DNA of 63,690 nucleotides, counting the filler, from Ministeria vibrans ATCC 50519 (lineage: Eukaryota > Protista > Filasterea), in assembly GCA_943704425.1 (NCBI GenBank). It is 7 parts of 7 records of this genome, joined end to end, with 100 filler letters (N's around TTAATTAATTAA, not from the genome) between each part and the next. Parts side by side here need not be neighbours in the genome. Positions count along the whole stretch, not along the records: positions 21,661 to 39,671 come from CALSCP010000173.1; 6 more parts are not named here. One strand, given 5' to 3'. Of this stretch, positions 24,886 to 37,800 are shown one piece after another; within the stretch, counting starts at the first letter, position 1, and each line of letters opens with the position of its first letter. The translations under genes and the position numbers were made by a program. The notes beneath the pieces were generated by a model. It saw only the letters and a program-made list of their open reading frames with translations, was not told where the DNA came from and searched no databases.

Positions 24886-27800
24886 CGGGTAAGATTTGTG
24901 AATAGTGAGAAATTGTGAGTGACTGATTTAGACTGTGTTTTGGATTCATTCTTTTATGGATTGCAGACCGTGCGATCTGGAAACGAGATACAAACGAACT
25001 GTTACAGGCGTTCTACAGAGTGACAAAAGGTGTTGAGATTGCTTTTAAAGAATATTTGTCTGAAACTTGTTTTCTTTTAGATTCGTAAGAGATATAAGCG
25101 AATACGGCCCTATTCCTGCACTCAATTTTTGGTCTTGTTTGTCAGTGACGCAATCTTTAAGTCGGCGTTCAAGGCGGCCCTCTCCCGCGGCTCAGTCGAG
25201 TCGCACTCACTCAAGGTGCTATTCCTGGGCGCAGTGATGGCAGGCAAGACAGCACTTCTTGCGGCTCTACAGGGACACACACTGCCCAAAACAGAAGACC
25301 GTTCAGTGGCGACACGAATGCAGCGGGTGCGACTTGTCTTCAACAGTGAAGGCTTCTTTGAGGCTGTGCCGCTCGAGGAGTACCGTTTGGCCAGCATGAT
25401 CGCCACGTCAAGGGATACCACGGCCGCGGACACAGGCACCGACGAAGGCGAAGTGCGTACGGAGGCGTCGCTGAGCCCTTCTGTCGCGGTTCTTCCATCA
25501 GCCGCAACAACACCCGCGTCCTCTTCAACAGTCATCCCCGATGCAGCCGCGTCCTCTTCGGCAGCCATCCCTGCTCCACCCGCCACCACTTCCACCCCTA
25601 CTCCCCTGACCATGAGCGCCGTCCAAGATCTTCTCATGGGCGAGCTGAGCGAACAGCACGTCGACCTCGACACTTTCGACTTTGCAGGTGAGGGTTTGTA
25701 GTTTTAGTTTCTTTTCTTAATCTCACACTCACTTAGGCGAGCCAATGTTTGACTCCCTTCCCGCTCTCTTCATGGGCTCCGAGTCCGCCTACATCCTCGT
25801 CTTCGATCTGTCCGTCATGGACGATCCTGAACAAGCACAGCGACAGTACGAGCACCTGTCCAAGTGGGCCCATCTCATCGCCCACCAGGTGCCCGAGTCG
25901 CTCTCGTCCTACTTCCGTGTGCTTATTGTGGGCACTCACGTTGACATGTTCCCCGAAGACACTGTGCCACCCCTTCTGCTCCGCACTGTCGCGCGTGAAG
26001 TGAACAGCCTTGTTCTGCGCGTTTTGGGCAAGCATTTAATTATCCCTGCGTCTGGCCGTGCGCCGTTCTTCCAAGTGGGCAGCAAGAAGCGCATTGGCCT
26101 CGCAGCACTGAGCGAGGGGATGCATGCTGCGGTGCGTGCACAGACACTGCCACTGGAGTATGTGTGTGCGCGGGACTTGGTCGGTCGGTGGGCGCGCATG
26201 GGCCGCATTCAGCTGCTGTCGTCTGTTACCGAGCTGTCGACTGTGCAACTCAGCGAGACCACCCCCATCATCACAGTGGGTGCACTGGTTCCCGATGAGG
26301 TCGCACTGCGCACGGGACTGGTGCCGTACATGGAAGAGGCCGCCGACGTGCTGGTGTGCCGCGAGGACTCGAGTGAGCGTCGAGTATGCGCGACAGACAC
26401 GATCGTGTTTGATGTGCCACGACTAATAGCGGCCGTGGAACTGTTGTGCTCGGTGGTGATGGCGCGCTGGGGGAGAGCGACGGGTGAGAGAGCACAGGAC
26501 ATGCTTGATTTGGTGACCATCGCCGGACAGAGACTGGACCCTGAAAAGACGGGTGAGCTCCTTGCGCAACTGGACGAGGCACGAACCCACTCCGAGGAGG
26601 GGTTTCCGATTGAGGTCGCCCAGTGGCTCTTGTGGACAGCGGCCGCGGGTGAGGCGAGTGGAGAACCTCTGCTTGCGGGTGCAGACGTGACAAACGCGAA
26701 TGTGCTCTTCACGGCACTAGAGCGACTGAGTCTGGTGTTCCGATGCGGGACTCGACTTCTCGTGCCAATGCTCCTGCCCGAAGATGCACCGTTCGTGGAG
26801 AGTGCACGGGCGCCTATTCAAGTCCTGCTCTATCAAACGGTGAAGGGAACCGACGGCTCACTCAAGCTGCTCCCCGTGTCACTGGCGACCTTTCACCTGG
26901 TTGTGGTGGCACTGTGGCGAGAGAGCGTGAAGGACAGTGCGATCCGGGCCTCACAGCGTTGCACGAATGTACTTGTGATGGAGGGCTGTGCGCCTGTCCG
27001 TGTGCGCCTGAACACCAACGAGCCATTCGTCCGTGTGGAAGTGTTTGAGGACGGTGGACCGCCTGAGCGAGTGATGGTGACGCTAAAGCGGGTGAGTGAG
27101 CGAGTGTGTGGGCAGACACGTAGTCTGCGATGGGGATGGCGTGGCGAGCCCGTCCTTGTGCCTGTGAATCCGTTCAACGTGGCGCTGCCGCTCTTCTCCC
27201 CACTCAAGGTGGCCGCCAACCCCGATCACTATCACGAGGCGGCAACTGTGTCGAACGAGATTTTGGTGCACCCCGACGAGACACGCGTCTGCAATGAGAC
27301 ACTGGAAGAGTGGTGGACCAAGCGTGTTGGTAAGAGAGTGTAAGCCCACCTTGTTGGGTCTTACTTTGATATATATTTAGGCACTGGGACGGGTCAGCAG
27401 TACTCGCATGCAGCCGCTCTCATTGTGGGTGTGAGTCGGTTCTCTTCGACAAAAAAGTCACATTTGGCTATGTTCTCTGATTTGCCAGGTGTGCGAGACA
27501 GTGTAGTCGAGCTAGAGGCGCTCTGGCAGGGTCGCGGGTTCAGCGTGCAGAGTGTGACAGACAAGACACCCTCCGATCAAGTGACGAAAGAGGAGATTAC
27601 CAAGGCTGCTCAGCGTCTTGTTCGCGATGTCGGTGACAAAGCCGGCCGGGACTCGCTCCTCATTGTGCACTTGCTTGGCCATGGGGTGGGGGACAGAGAT
27701 GGTGGCCTTGTTCTCAGTGACGCCCATCGACCGAAGTTCGCGTCTGGTCAGTTCGGACGGCACTCCCGCTTTGACGCCGACTCGCTCAAGGGCCTGCTTC

Positions 27801-28213
27801 GTGGAGACGCGGGCTGGCTCGGCTGCAATATTCTCGTGGTGTGCGATTTCTGCAACTCCGGCACGCTGCTCAAGGACGACGCTGACCTAACCATGTCCAG
27901 CCCCGTCGCGCGGTTGGGCTACTCTCGTCAGACAATCCTCAGTTCGCTCCCCGATACCCCCAGCTACATGTCACTAGACGGTAGGCGTACACGTCTGACG
28001 GAGTTGCTCGTATCTGCTCTGGGTCCCTCACTCGAGGCATTCCGTGTCGGTGAGGAGCATATCACTGCCGTCGGCCTGCGACAGAGGCTATGCTCGCTGG
28101 ACAAGAAGAACACCTTCCAGGCGATGCTCGTGGGTCGCATTTGGGATGAGTGGTCGGGCACGCGAAACGACGGAGACATCTTCTTGTTCAAGACTGGATC
28201 GGGAGTTGCGTGA
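24886..28213 (+). CDS. Roc-COR (ROCO) GTPase with C-terminal caspase-family (peptidase C14) domain, 5' partial
   Basis: Exons 25146-25687, 25737-27329, 27381-28213 in frame, plus small upstream exons. Roc: GAVMAGKT, VAT, DFAG, VGTHVD. COR-like: TIVFDVPRL, LERLSLVF...LLVPMLLP. C14: ALIVGVSRF, DLPGV, VTKEEI, VHLLGHG, VVCDFCNSG. Confidence 0.88.
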
Positions 28214-28339
28214 GCTAGAGACAAAGAGAGGTGGAGAGGGGTATAGAGAGCATGTATTTATTCTTATTACACTGATTTACTCCCATTTTTACTGGTACAT
28301 TTTTTTAATTAAACTGTTACATGTGTTTATGTTTTTGTT

Positions 28340-29041
28340 TTTTTAAACTTTCAAGTGACTTTCATTGATGCAAGCCAACATAAGCCTCTCAATCTATACT
28401 ATGTTGTCGCGTATCAATAGCTACACTGCTGACCAAGAAGACCCAAGACCCCCATCCCTCTCATCCTACAACCCACACTCAGGTTGTTTGGTAAGAGTTT
28501 TACAAGTTATTTTCCTCTCTCTCTCTCCACAACACTTTTTGGAAAACAAAAACAAAAACAAAACATCACTCCTCCTCATGCGGAATCCGATCCCACCGTG
28601 GAGGGGCGTCACGAAGTGCCGTAACGCGTAGTGGCTCTCTCTCTCACTTACTCACACACACACACACACACACTCTCTCTCTCTCTCACTCTCTCACTCT
28701 CTCTCTCACTCTCTCTCTCTCCGTTGTTGTCGTTCATTTTTTAATTAAACTTTCAAGTGACTTTCATTGATACAAGCCAACATAAGCCTCTCAATCTATA
28801 ATACAGTGACGCGTATCAATATTGAGCTACACTGCTGACCGAGAAGACCCAAGGCACCCATCCCTCTCACCTAACATCCCACACTCAGGTTGCTCGGTAA
28901 GAGTCTCTCCACAATGAAACTGGAATGAAACTACTACCCCTAGGGAAAACAAAAACAAAAACAAAACATCACTCCTCCTCATGCGGAATCCAATCCCGCC
29001 GTGGCCCGTGGAGGGCGTCACGAAGTGCCGTAACGCGTAGT

Positions 29042-29050
<9 letters not shown>
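28340..29050 (+). repeat. Diverged tandem duplication (~300 bp units), each ending at a CT microsatellite
   Basis: AAACTTTCAAGTGACTTTCATTGAT...GGCGTCACGAAGTGCCGTAACGCGTAGTGGCTCTCT at about 28345-28645 and 28747-29050. Confidence 0.85.
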
Positions 29051-29086
<36 letters not shown>

Positions 29087-29093
29087 TTTTCAG

Positions 29094-29607
29094 ATTTGAA
29101 TGTACAGAACGAATCAACGCCCATCCCGCTCCCCAATGTATCTGGGCCCATTCTGAAAAAAGTCATTGAATACTGCGAGGTATTGTTACACAACGAATGA
29201 AAAGCGCTGACTGTTGTCGCTTGCATTTGAATAGCGCCACAAGGACGACGCAGAGCCTGTTGAGGGCACAGACACTCCCGATATCTCGCCTGACGATGCC
29301 AATTTTTGTCAAGTGGACCAGGGAACTCTCTTTGACGTACCCGATTGAATGTGCTTTGTTTCGCTGCTCATGACTCGTTTTGTTTTTCATATTTTCTCTT
29401 CTTCTACTTTGACTGGCTCAGATGATTTTGGCAGCTAACTACATGGACATCAAGGGGCTGCTGGACCTCACATGCCGCACCGTCGCTAACATGATCAAGG
29501 GCAAGACTGCACCTGAAATCCGCCAGACCTTCAATATTGTCGATGACTTTTCGCCCGAGGAAGCGGCGCAGGTCAAGAAGGAGAACGAGTGGTGTGAGGA
29601 GAAGTGA
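29094..29607 (+). CDS. SKP1: S-phase kinase-associated protein 1; first exon not found
   Basis: [19 protein letters not shown]; VDQGTLFD|[47 protein letters not shown]...ENEWCEEK. Confidence 0.95.
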
Positions 29608-29712
29608 TGATGTTTCGTTTTTTTTACTCCCAGTGTACAAACAAAACGTTTTTTTTTTCGTATTTTTTTTTCTACATGTTTTCTCTCTCTTCATATTCAC
29701 CATAGAGAGTGT

Positions 29713-30046
29713 TTACAGGACGTTCCACTTGCCTGTGGCACGGTAGGCAACGACGAGACGGCGGGCCATCTTTTTCACTTTAGCGTCCGGATCGTTGTAC
29801 ATGTTCTCGGCCGCCTCAACGACGCGCTCCTCCAGCCTGCGTGGCGACCCGTCTCCGAGCGCATGCAGTGCCTGCATGCGCACTGGTCCAATGGGATCAC
29901 GCGTCAACTCAAAGATGCGCTCCCACAGCTCGCCAATGTCTGCCCGCAGATGGCACGGGCACATGTCCTTGAGCGCACTCTGGCGCTCCCTTGCACATTC
30001 CGATCGCGATCGCCGCAAGAATTCCTAAGCAAGCATTTATTCCATA

Positions 30047-30119
<73 letters not shown>

Positions 30120-30209
30120 TGGGTGTGGGTGTGGGTGTGTGTGAGTCCTGGACGGTGGCGATACCTCAATAGCACGCTCAGCTTCATTCAGTTCACACAC
30201 CCACGTCAT
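29713..30209 (-). CDS. Small HEAT-repeat-like protein with CPC motif
   Basis: Exon MTWVCELNEAERAIE splices to EFLRRS...MCPCHL...WERIFELTRDPIGPVRMQALHALGDGSP...NDPDAKVKKMARR...TGKWNVL*. Confidence 0.75.
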
Positions 30210-30417
30210 CACATGAAATCGACCTCTTTGAAAGTGTGTGTAGAATGAGTTATTCAAAAAACCCAAAAGGAGACACAAAAACACGAAAGAGGGGAAAATA
30301 AATTGAAATTTAATGGAGAAAACAAACGAACCCCAATAGAATATTAATTATGCAATCTCACACGCAACTGATTGATTTCGAAACCCAAAAAAAAAAACCT
30401 TACAATCACCTGTAGAC

Positions 30418-31355
30418 TTAGAGGGACGGAGGGGGAGTCAAAGACATGGGTGGAGCAAGGGGATCGCGCGGAAGAAAGCCGGGACAAGCGGGTGCGCGGC
30501 AGTGGCAGGGTCGAGTGCTTGTGTGGGGCGTCGCATTGGCGTACGAGAAGGTGAGCTCTGTGTCGCGCTGGATGGCTGTGTGTGCAAACAGGGCGAGTAG
30601 GGGTACGACACTGGTGCCCATGTGTGCAATGCGAGTCGTCAGGTTCGGCGCGTGGCTGTGGTTGATGAAACGCGCGACGTTGCTACAAAGTGTTGCTATC
30701 TTAAGAGCCCTTCACAGCAATAATCTGCTCAATATAAAGCATACCCGTGCTTTGTAGGATCTAGATTGGTACGGACAACCTGGTCTCCACTGCATAAACG
30801 CCCCCACAAGAAAGTCAATTCGGGTTAGAATTCAAAAAAATTCAGCTCTCCTCTTTCTTTCTCCCACAGTCCCACTTCACTTACTAGTACTCCCGGACAA
30901 CCATGACATAGTTGCACTCATCGGTGGTCTCGCAGAGACGCTGGCGCGCCTCGGCATCGCCGGTGCGCACGACAGCGCCAGCATACGTGCACACATAGGC
31001 GCCCGCTGCAATGTCCCGTCCGGCATACGCGCCCCAGCCACGCCCGTCCGTCGTTCGACGAACCACAATCGGAACACCGATTGATTCGTCGGGTGGCACG
31101 CCAAGGTCGGCTGCCGACTCCCACGCTGCAAGGCGCGAGGAGAGGAAGCCCTCGTCAAGACTGTCTCCGCTGCTGCTCACCCTGGACACGCAATACTGCG
31201 CCAATGAAGACAACCCATCACATCACATCAAAGAAGAAGACGCATCTGCATCTACGAGCGTAACTCACCTTGAAAGGCTCCGGTGGAGAGCCTCCATCCA
31301 CTTCAACAGCAACAGCAAAGGGCTCTTCGCCACAGCTCAAATCCGTCCAATTCAT
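30418..31355 (-). CDS. SET-domain lysine methyltransferase (SETMAR/SUV39-like) with post-SET
   Basis: GRGWGAYAGRDIAAGAYVCTYAG; NVARFINHS; ELTFSY; CHCRAPACPGFL. Confidence 0.9.
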
Positions 31356-31360
31356 CTCAT

Positions 31361-31411
<51 letters not shown>

Positions 31412-31805
31412 GCCACCCTCTGTCACGTTGAAAAGAGAAATGTGATAAGTGATTATTGTGTGAGTCTGTGAGAGTGAATATATATAAAAGTTAAATCCCA
31501 CGGAAATGAAAAATATATAGAACAATGTGAAGAGTAATACAATGCTTCTGCCATAAGCTTATTAGACTAGCCCCAACTCTCAAGAAGATGGAGCACCCAT
31601 AATCCATATACCCACAAAATATATTTTATTGAAGAAGAATACAACCCATTTATTACTAATAATTATTATTATTATTATAGTCTTCTTCTATTATTATTAA
31701 TATAATAGTATATTATTATTATTATTAAATTATTATTATTATTATTATTATTCTCTATTCTAAATTAATTTTATTATTTTCTTATGATGTTTAATAAGAA
31801 ATGTT

Positions 31806-34800
31806 TTACACGGTTCCAAGAGCTGAATTGGACCAGAGAATGAGGGTCTGGGGCGACCGATAGAGATAAATGAGCTCGGCAAAGAGTGCCTCTTCGAGAT
31901 CAAGGACATTCTCCTCACGCGCATCGTAGATGTCCTGACAGAGCTTCTCAACGGCACTCACGTGCGGAAGACAGGTAAAAAGAATCTGCTGCGCGGCATT
32001 GGACATGGCCAGGCGAAGGAAACGGCCCACCACGAGCACAACAGAGACGTACAGGCCAACCACTCCCGAACTGGCGACAAACGACAGCGACGCAGACGCG
32101 GCACGCTCGCTAAACGACACAAGCTGCGGACGCAAAGGCTCGATGGGAACCGAGCCAGAGCTGTCGGGCACCACCAACGGCGACGACTGGTCCAGCTCCC
32201 ACCAGGAAACCACATCGTCCGTGCCGTTCGACAGCGATCGCAACACCGCCGTGCAGTTCACCAGCGACTGGGTCAGCACCGGGTGCAGCACCCCCGAGAT
32301 GGGCACTTCGACAAAGGCCGGGAAGAGATTGGGCAAAAACACAGCCCCCTCGCCCGCATCAAGCACATCCACAAACGCCTGGCGTGTCGCCTCTCCCGGC
32401 GCATACAGCGTCTCGTACGTGCCCAGGATCTCGGCGGTGACCAGCGCAGTCGGCGGCGACCGTGTGTACTCCATCTTCATGCGCAGAAAGGCAGTGCCCG
32501 TGCCGTTGGCCAAGAACCCATGCAGGTCAGCAATGTCGGGCGGCGACGCAGCCCACAGCGATCGGCTGGCCACCGTGAAACGGGCACTCGTCATGTCGGA
32601 CGCCTGGTACAGGCCCACAATGCCCCCGTACGTGTCTTGCAGTGTCCCCGCTTGCGCATCCGTCAGCGTCGTCAGCACATTGGCGGACGCCGTCATCTCC
32701 CACAACGGCTGGTAGCCAATGAAGCCCAGCGACACCGTCACAATTTGAGGCTGCACAGGAATGGCCGACGAGCGCACAAACGCCATAAGGAGCAGTGGCA
32801 GGAACAACAGCATGACGAGGAGCGTCGTGAGCGTAAGTCCCTGACAACATTTGCTGCCCTGCGGTCGCACATTGCCGTGCTTGGCGCGGTTCTTCTTGCG
32901 GCTCAAGTTGCGGCACTTGATCTGATACAGCTGAATCCAAATGTCCTCCATCTGAATCCAGTCGCGAAGGTACAGCGTTGTGCGCGTCACAGCCCAGTCG
33001 GTGATCATGCGAAGCTCAAAGAGGAACGGTATCGCCAAATAAATCGAGAAGAGGAGCTGCGAGCCAGTCGACAAAGAGCGCGTCAGGGCATTGCCGCCCG
33101 TGTGGCGCGGATAGCCGTGCCGGATCTGCAGCGCAGAGGCAATAAAGTAAAGGCTCTTGCACACGTACCAGAGCACAAGGACACTCGAGGCGGCAAAGGG
33201 ACGATGTGCAATGACAAAGGGCGTCAGGAAGAAGAGCCACACATGCACAAATATCACCAGAACCCACTGCAGCGCAAGCTTGAAACGCAGATCCCGCGCC
33301 AGGTACAAACACCTGTCAAGCACAAGCAGGAGCGCCTGCACCAGTAGCGCAATCACAAAGGTCAGCGGCACATTGTTCGTCGTCACAATGTTCGCAATGT
33401 TGCCCCCCTGGTCTTCCTGAAAGGCCGACCAGCCAAAGATGAGCACGAGGTAGGACAGGAGATCACTCATAACCATTGCCATGTACAGATCACGCCGATA
33501 CATTGCACCGGGTCGTGTCCACGCTCCCGCCGCACGCACCAGTCGTTGCCAGCGTGTGCCCGTCGCGCGCCCCGACGCACTCGCACTCGCTGACGAGCCA
33601 CCCACACTCTCTGCGTACTCACTCTCACTCTCGACGCCAACATGCTCCTCCTCCTCCCCCCCTCCAACCCCAACCATGCCCGCCTGCGCACTGTTCTTTG
33701 ACGACGACGACGACGTGGCACGCTGACGTGCCTGACGCTTCTCATGTGCTGCAATGCGCGCACGCGTCAACTCAGTCGACTGGCCACGCCACAGTCCAAT
33801 TTGTCGCAGGTTACTGCGATGCATCAGAATCGTCACGATCACCACAAGGTAGCCACTCAAATGGTACAGCGAACTCGAGTCATTGGTGCGCTGAATGCCA
33901 AAGATGGCCGAGCCGCTGTTGTACGGCACGTTGACATTGAACGTCCAGCAAGGAAGCTGGAAAAAGTAGATGAAACACACACAAATCTCAGCGTAAAACA
34001 GCATGCTCTCGTAGAACCAGGCAGGCGGACGGGGACGCAGCACGGAGAGGCCGCAGAACAGCACCACGGCAGGAATCACCGCCAGCACCGTCGCATTTGC
34101 GGCAGCCAGTGCAATCACCGAGATGTACACGAGCCAGTGTGAGTAGGCCGAATAGATGAGTGACAGGTGCGCCAAGAACACCGCGACGCGTCCATCACGC
34201 GCAATCACGGGTCGCTCTACTCCTAATGCCTCTCGATGATCATTCGACACCTGCGACATCACTCCCAAGAGCGCGTCCACTCCCTGCAACATCAGCATAC
34301 CCACTTTGCGCATTGTCGTCGACGCACGCTTGCCCAAGTTGGCCGCAGTCGACGACGATGGAGTGGGAATAGCCGCCGTCTGAGTCGTCAACTCAAGGGC
34401 CCCCTTCTCTTCAGCATTCTTTGTGTCCGTCGATACAGCAGCAACATCGTCCGCGGCATCATCACCGCCATCAGGTACCCCTGCGCTAATGTCACCTGCA
34501 TCGTGGTCACTACCGTCGCCTTCCCAGCCGGAAGGAGCCGCGTCATCCAGCAAGTGCGACGACTCGCTATGCTCACCTCGGCCAGCATGCTGCCCTTCTT
34601 CGTCCTCCTCGTCGTAATCGTCGTCGTCCACAACCATATCAAAGCCCACAAGCAGACCACGTCCCGTGCCACTGCCGTGTCCGGCGCGTGACGATCCACG
34701 AGGTCGCGACTGCGACGGAATTCCCAGCCGAGTCTCACGCTCGGCCTCCTCGCGCGCATCCTCTTCCTCCTCGCGTGCCACGCCTTCTAGCAAGGCCACG

Positions 34801-37800
34801 GGATCGTCTTCGTCCTCGACATCAATATCATCGTGTCCCAAGTCACTCGGTCCCTTCGACGACGACACCGACACCGACTGTGGCACGCGTCGTTGTCGCA
34901 GGCCACCCGTTGCAGTCACAGGCACACCATTTGCGTCCACCACACCCACTGTGCCCAACAGGACCACGTCGGCCGACGACATCATTTCACCTCCGCCTTC
35001 TTGGCCTTGTCCATGCTGTTGTTGTACTTGTTGCGATTCGTCCGCCTTGTGCGCAGCAGTGCCGCGCAATCGACTCGCCACAAACTCTTCGCTCTTGGCC
35101 TGAGCGGCACGATGAAGCTCCAAGAGTGCGGCGGGATCCTCAAAGAGCCGCTCGTGGCCTGTGCCACCGCCCGTCTCGGAGAGCACCTTCTCACGATGCA
35201 TTCGCAGCATACGCACGCGCTCGCGTGTTGCACGCAGGTACGTCGCTTCGGCAATCAGTTGGTTCTTGAGTTCCTTGCGCTGGTGACGCGCAATGCGACG
35301 AGCATTCCCGTGAGCAAGACGACGCTCGCGACGCAAATCGGCGGCAACCAGGTCGGACGCACGCGACTGGAAAAGACGGCGTTGCACAATGAGGAAGGCA
35401 AAGAGAATCACGTCAAAGAGAATGCCACGCGAACTCCACGCCGCCACCGTCGCATTCGGGTTGGCCGTGTCGCTGTCGCTGCCGTGCAAGGCCATGCCCT
35501 GACGCAAGCCAATCGTGTTGATGGTGGTGATCACCGACTGCGGTTGTAGGCCCCAGTCGATGCAGGTGGCGGGCAGCTGCCATATCATGCGGATGAAGAG
35601 CACCACCGTGGTGTAGCCAAACAGCATGGTCCACCGCTTTCGACCCGCCACCACGTTCATAATGAGGTACTCGCCCGAAAACAAACACACCATGCTCGTG
35701 GCGACATAACCAAAGTTGAGAATCGTCACGTCACCGGCACCCGCAGAGAAGCCAAAAATGAGACAGATCCAGTACCACCACGAGTAGAAAGCCATGGTGA
35801 GACTGGCCGCGAGCGATCGAGGGCGCTTGACAAAGTCCCAGGCGTGCAACGACGTGTCAAGACGCAGTGCAAACACACGACGCTGCTGCAGCATGAGCGC
35901 CAGCAATGTGATGTCGGCGCCCAGCACAACAATGAGTTGACCGGGAGGCATCCACAGCCACACACGCATGTTGCTGAGCCAGTACGACGTGCCCGCACCG
36001 TAAAAGGGATAATTGACGTAGTCCGTGAAGGAAGGGGGCACGGCCAGAGCCACCGCGTACTGCACCACCAGGAGGAACGCATAGGCACGCACAAAAGCTG
36101 TCCAATGTGCACGCAATTTGCGACGTGACATTGCCACCCACGAGACGGCAAGCAGCAACTGAACAACACCAATGACGTTGAGACGCACAAAGGCGGCGAC
36201 CACCGCCGCAATGGTGCACAGTTCAAGACCAAAAGCTGCAAAAAGATTGGTAAAAATACCACGGAGGCACCAAGAGAGCGAGTCGTCGCTTCGCTCTGTC
36301 TCCATAAACGGTTCCATCGGTCGCATTGGGTCGTACGTGCGTCGACCAGCGCGCACCTGCTCGCGACGGTCACAGCGTTCACAGGCACGTCGCATCCATA
36401 GCACAATAAGAATGATGATCCCTGGAATGACTGCGCCAAAGTTATCGTTGTACTTGTCAAGCCCGATCCACGGGGCGTCCGAGACAGCGTCGGGCGCACT
36501 GCCGTTGTAGTGCGGATTGAGAATGATCGCCGAGGGCAGCACATAGGGCACCTGATAGCCAAGTTGTGCAACCGTGATAAGCGCCACCAGAGGGCCTGCA
36601 ACAAAGCCAAACCAGCCGGTGAGACTTGGACCCAACATCCACGCCTCGATCGCCACCACAACACAGAGCAGCATGCCAAAAAGCGACGCGTTGGTCGACA
36701 CCAGCGCCAGGGCAAACACCGACACGAAGGCCCACGTGGGAATCTGTTGGGCAAGCATGCGACGACCCATGGCACAGGCGGCCAAGATCATGCCGGCCCA
36801 GCCAGCGTCGGACGTCATGGTAAGGTCGTGGGCACTAATGTTGTCTTCGAGCGCCACCAATGGCATGTCGAGCGCGTCGGGTTCGACAGCTGGAAAGAGA
36901 CGCGCGCGCAAGAAGGCGCCGGCACTCACACGATGACGCATTGATGTGGCGCGTGTCTCAAGCACGAGCGTCAAGAGAACGAGCGTCGGGCCCACAAGGT
37001 AGCGGAAGAGATCGAGGCCCGAGTGTGTCTCAAATCCAATGGCACGCAATCGGTCGTCGGAGAGCACCTCGAGAAAGAGCGACTGCACTTTTTCAAACTG
37101 GTAGGCGTACATGGAGACGACGGCCAGCACCGACAGGGCCACGGCGGGCAACAGGAACAGTGCCACGCCGCGCTGCGGTCGTGTCATCGTCGCATGAAAC
37201 ACCAGAAAGACAGTCAGGAAAAAGAGGAAGCCACAGTGAATGGCGGTCGAGGCACCCGCCACGCTCACAGCAAACAGCGTTGCGTAGCACACCAGAAAGA
37301 AGTAGTCAATGAGTAGCAACTTGATAAAAAGAATCACGCTGAGAAGTGACCAACCAGACTGCGTAGCACCACCACCCCTTGTTGAGGCGGTGGCATTTTC
37401 GGCAGCAGCAGCGGTGGCGGCAGCAGCAGCAGCAGCAGCAGTCGCCGAGGAAGATGGCGACCCCAACGGTGAGTGTGCATTCTCGCTCAAGGTGTCACGT
37501 CGCAAAAGGGGGCCGTCACCCGAGCCGCCCATGGCAGCGGCGGCAGCAATCGCTTCGGCTTCCTCGCGCTGAAGCGAACGAGCCGCACGATACACGTGCA
37601 GCTGGATCACAACAAGCATTTGCACGGCAATGCTCCAGCCAATCTGGTTAATGAGGTTCTCGGCGGGATCGTACAGACCAATGACCTGTTCGGTACTCAC
37701 CGAGAGAATTCCCTCGCTCCAGGTGAAGCGCCACAGATACTGCACGAGAACAACACCTTCGCAGTAGAAGACGAGCGCAGGCCAGAGGGGCTCAGCAATG

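Noticed and set aside
23388-25146. Functional linkage of the unknown minus-strand gene with the ROCO-caspase
   Set aside because: Both genes are 5'-truncated at the 24795-24802 gap, so the join and true distance are unknown.
31962-33347. 461-aa plus-strand ORF and other ORFs antisense to Piezo
   Set aside because: Shadow ORFs of GC-rich coding sequence with no recognisable motifs.
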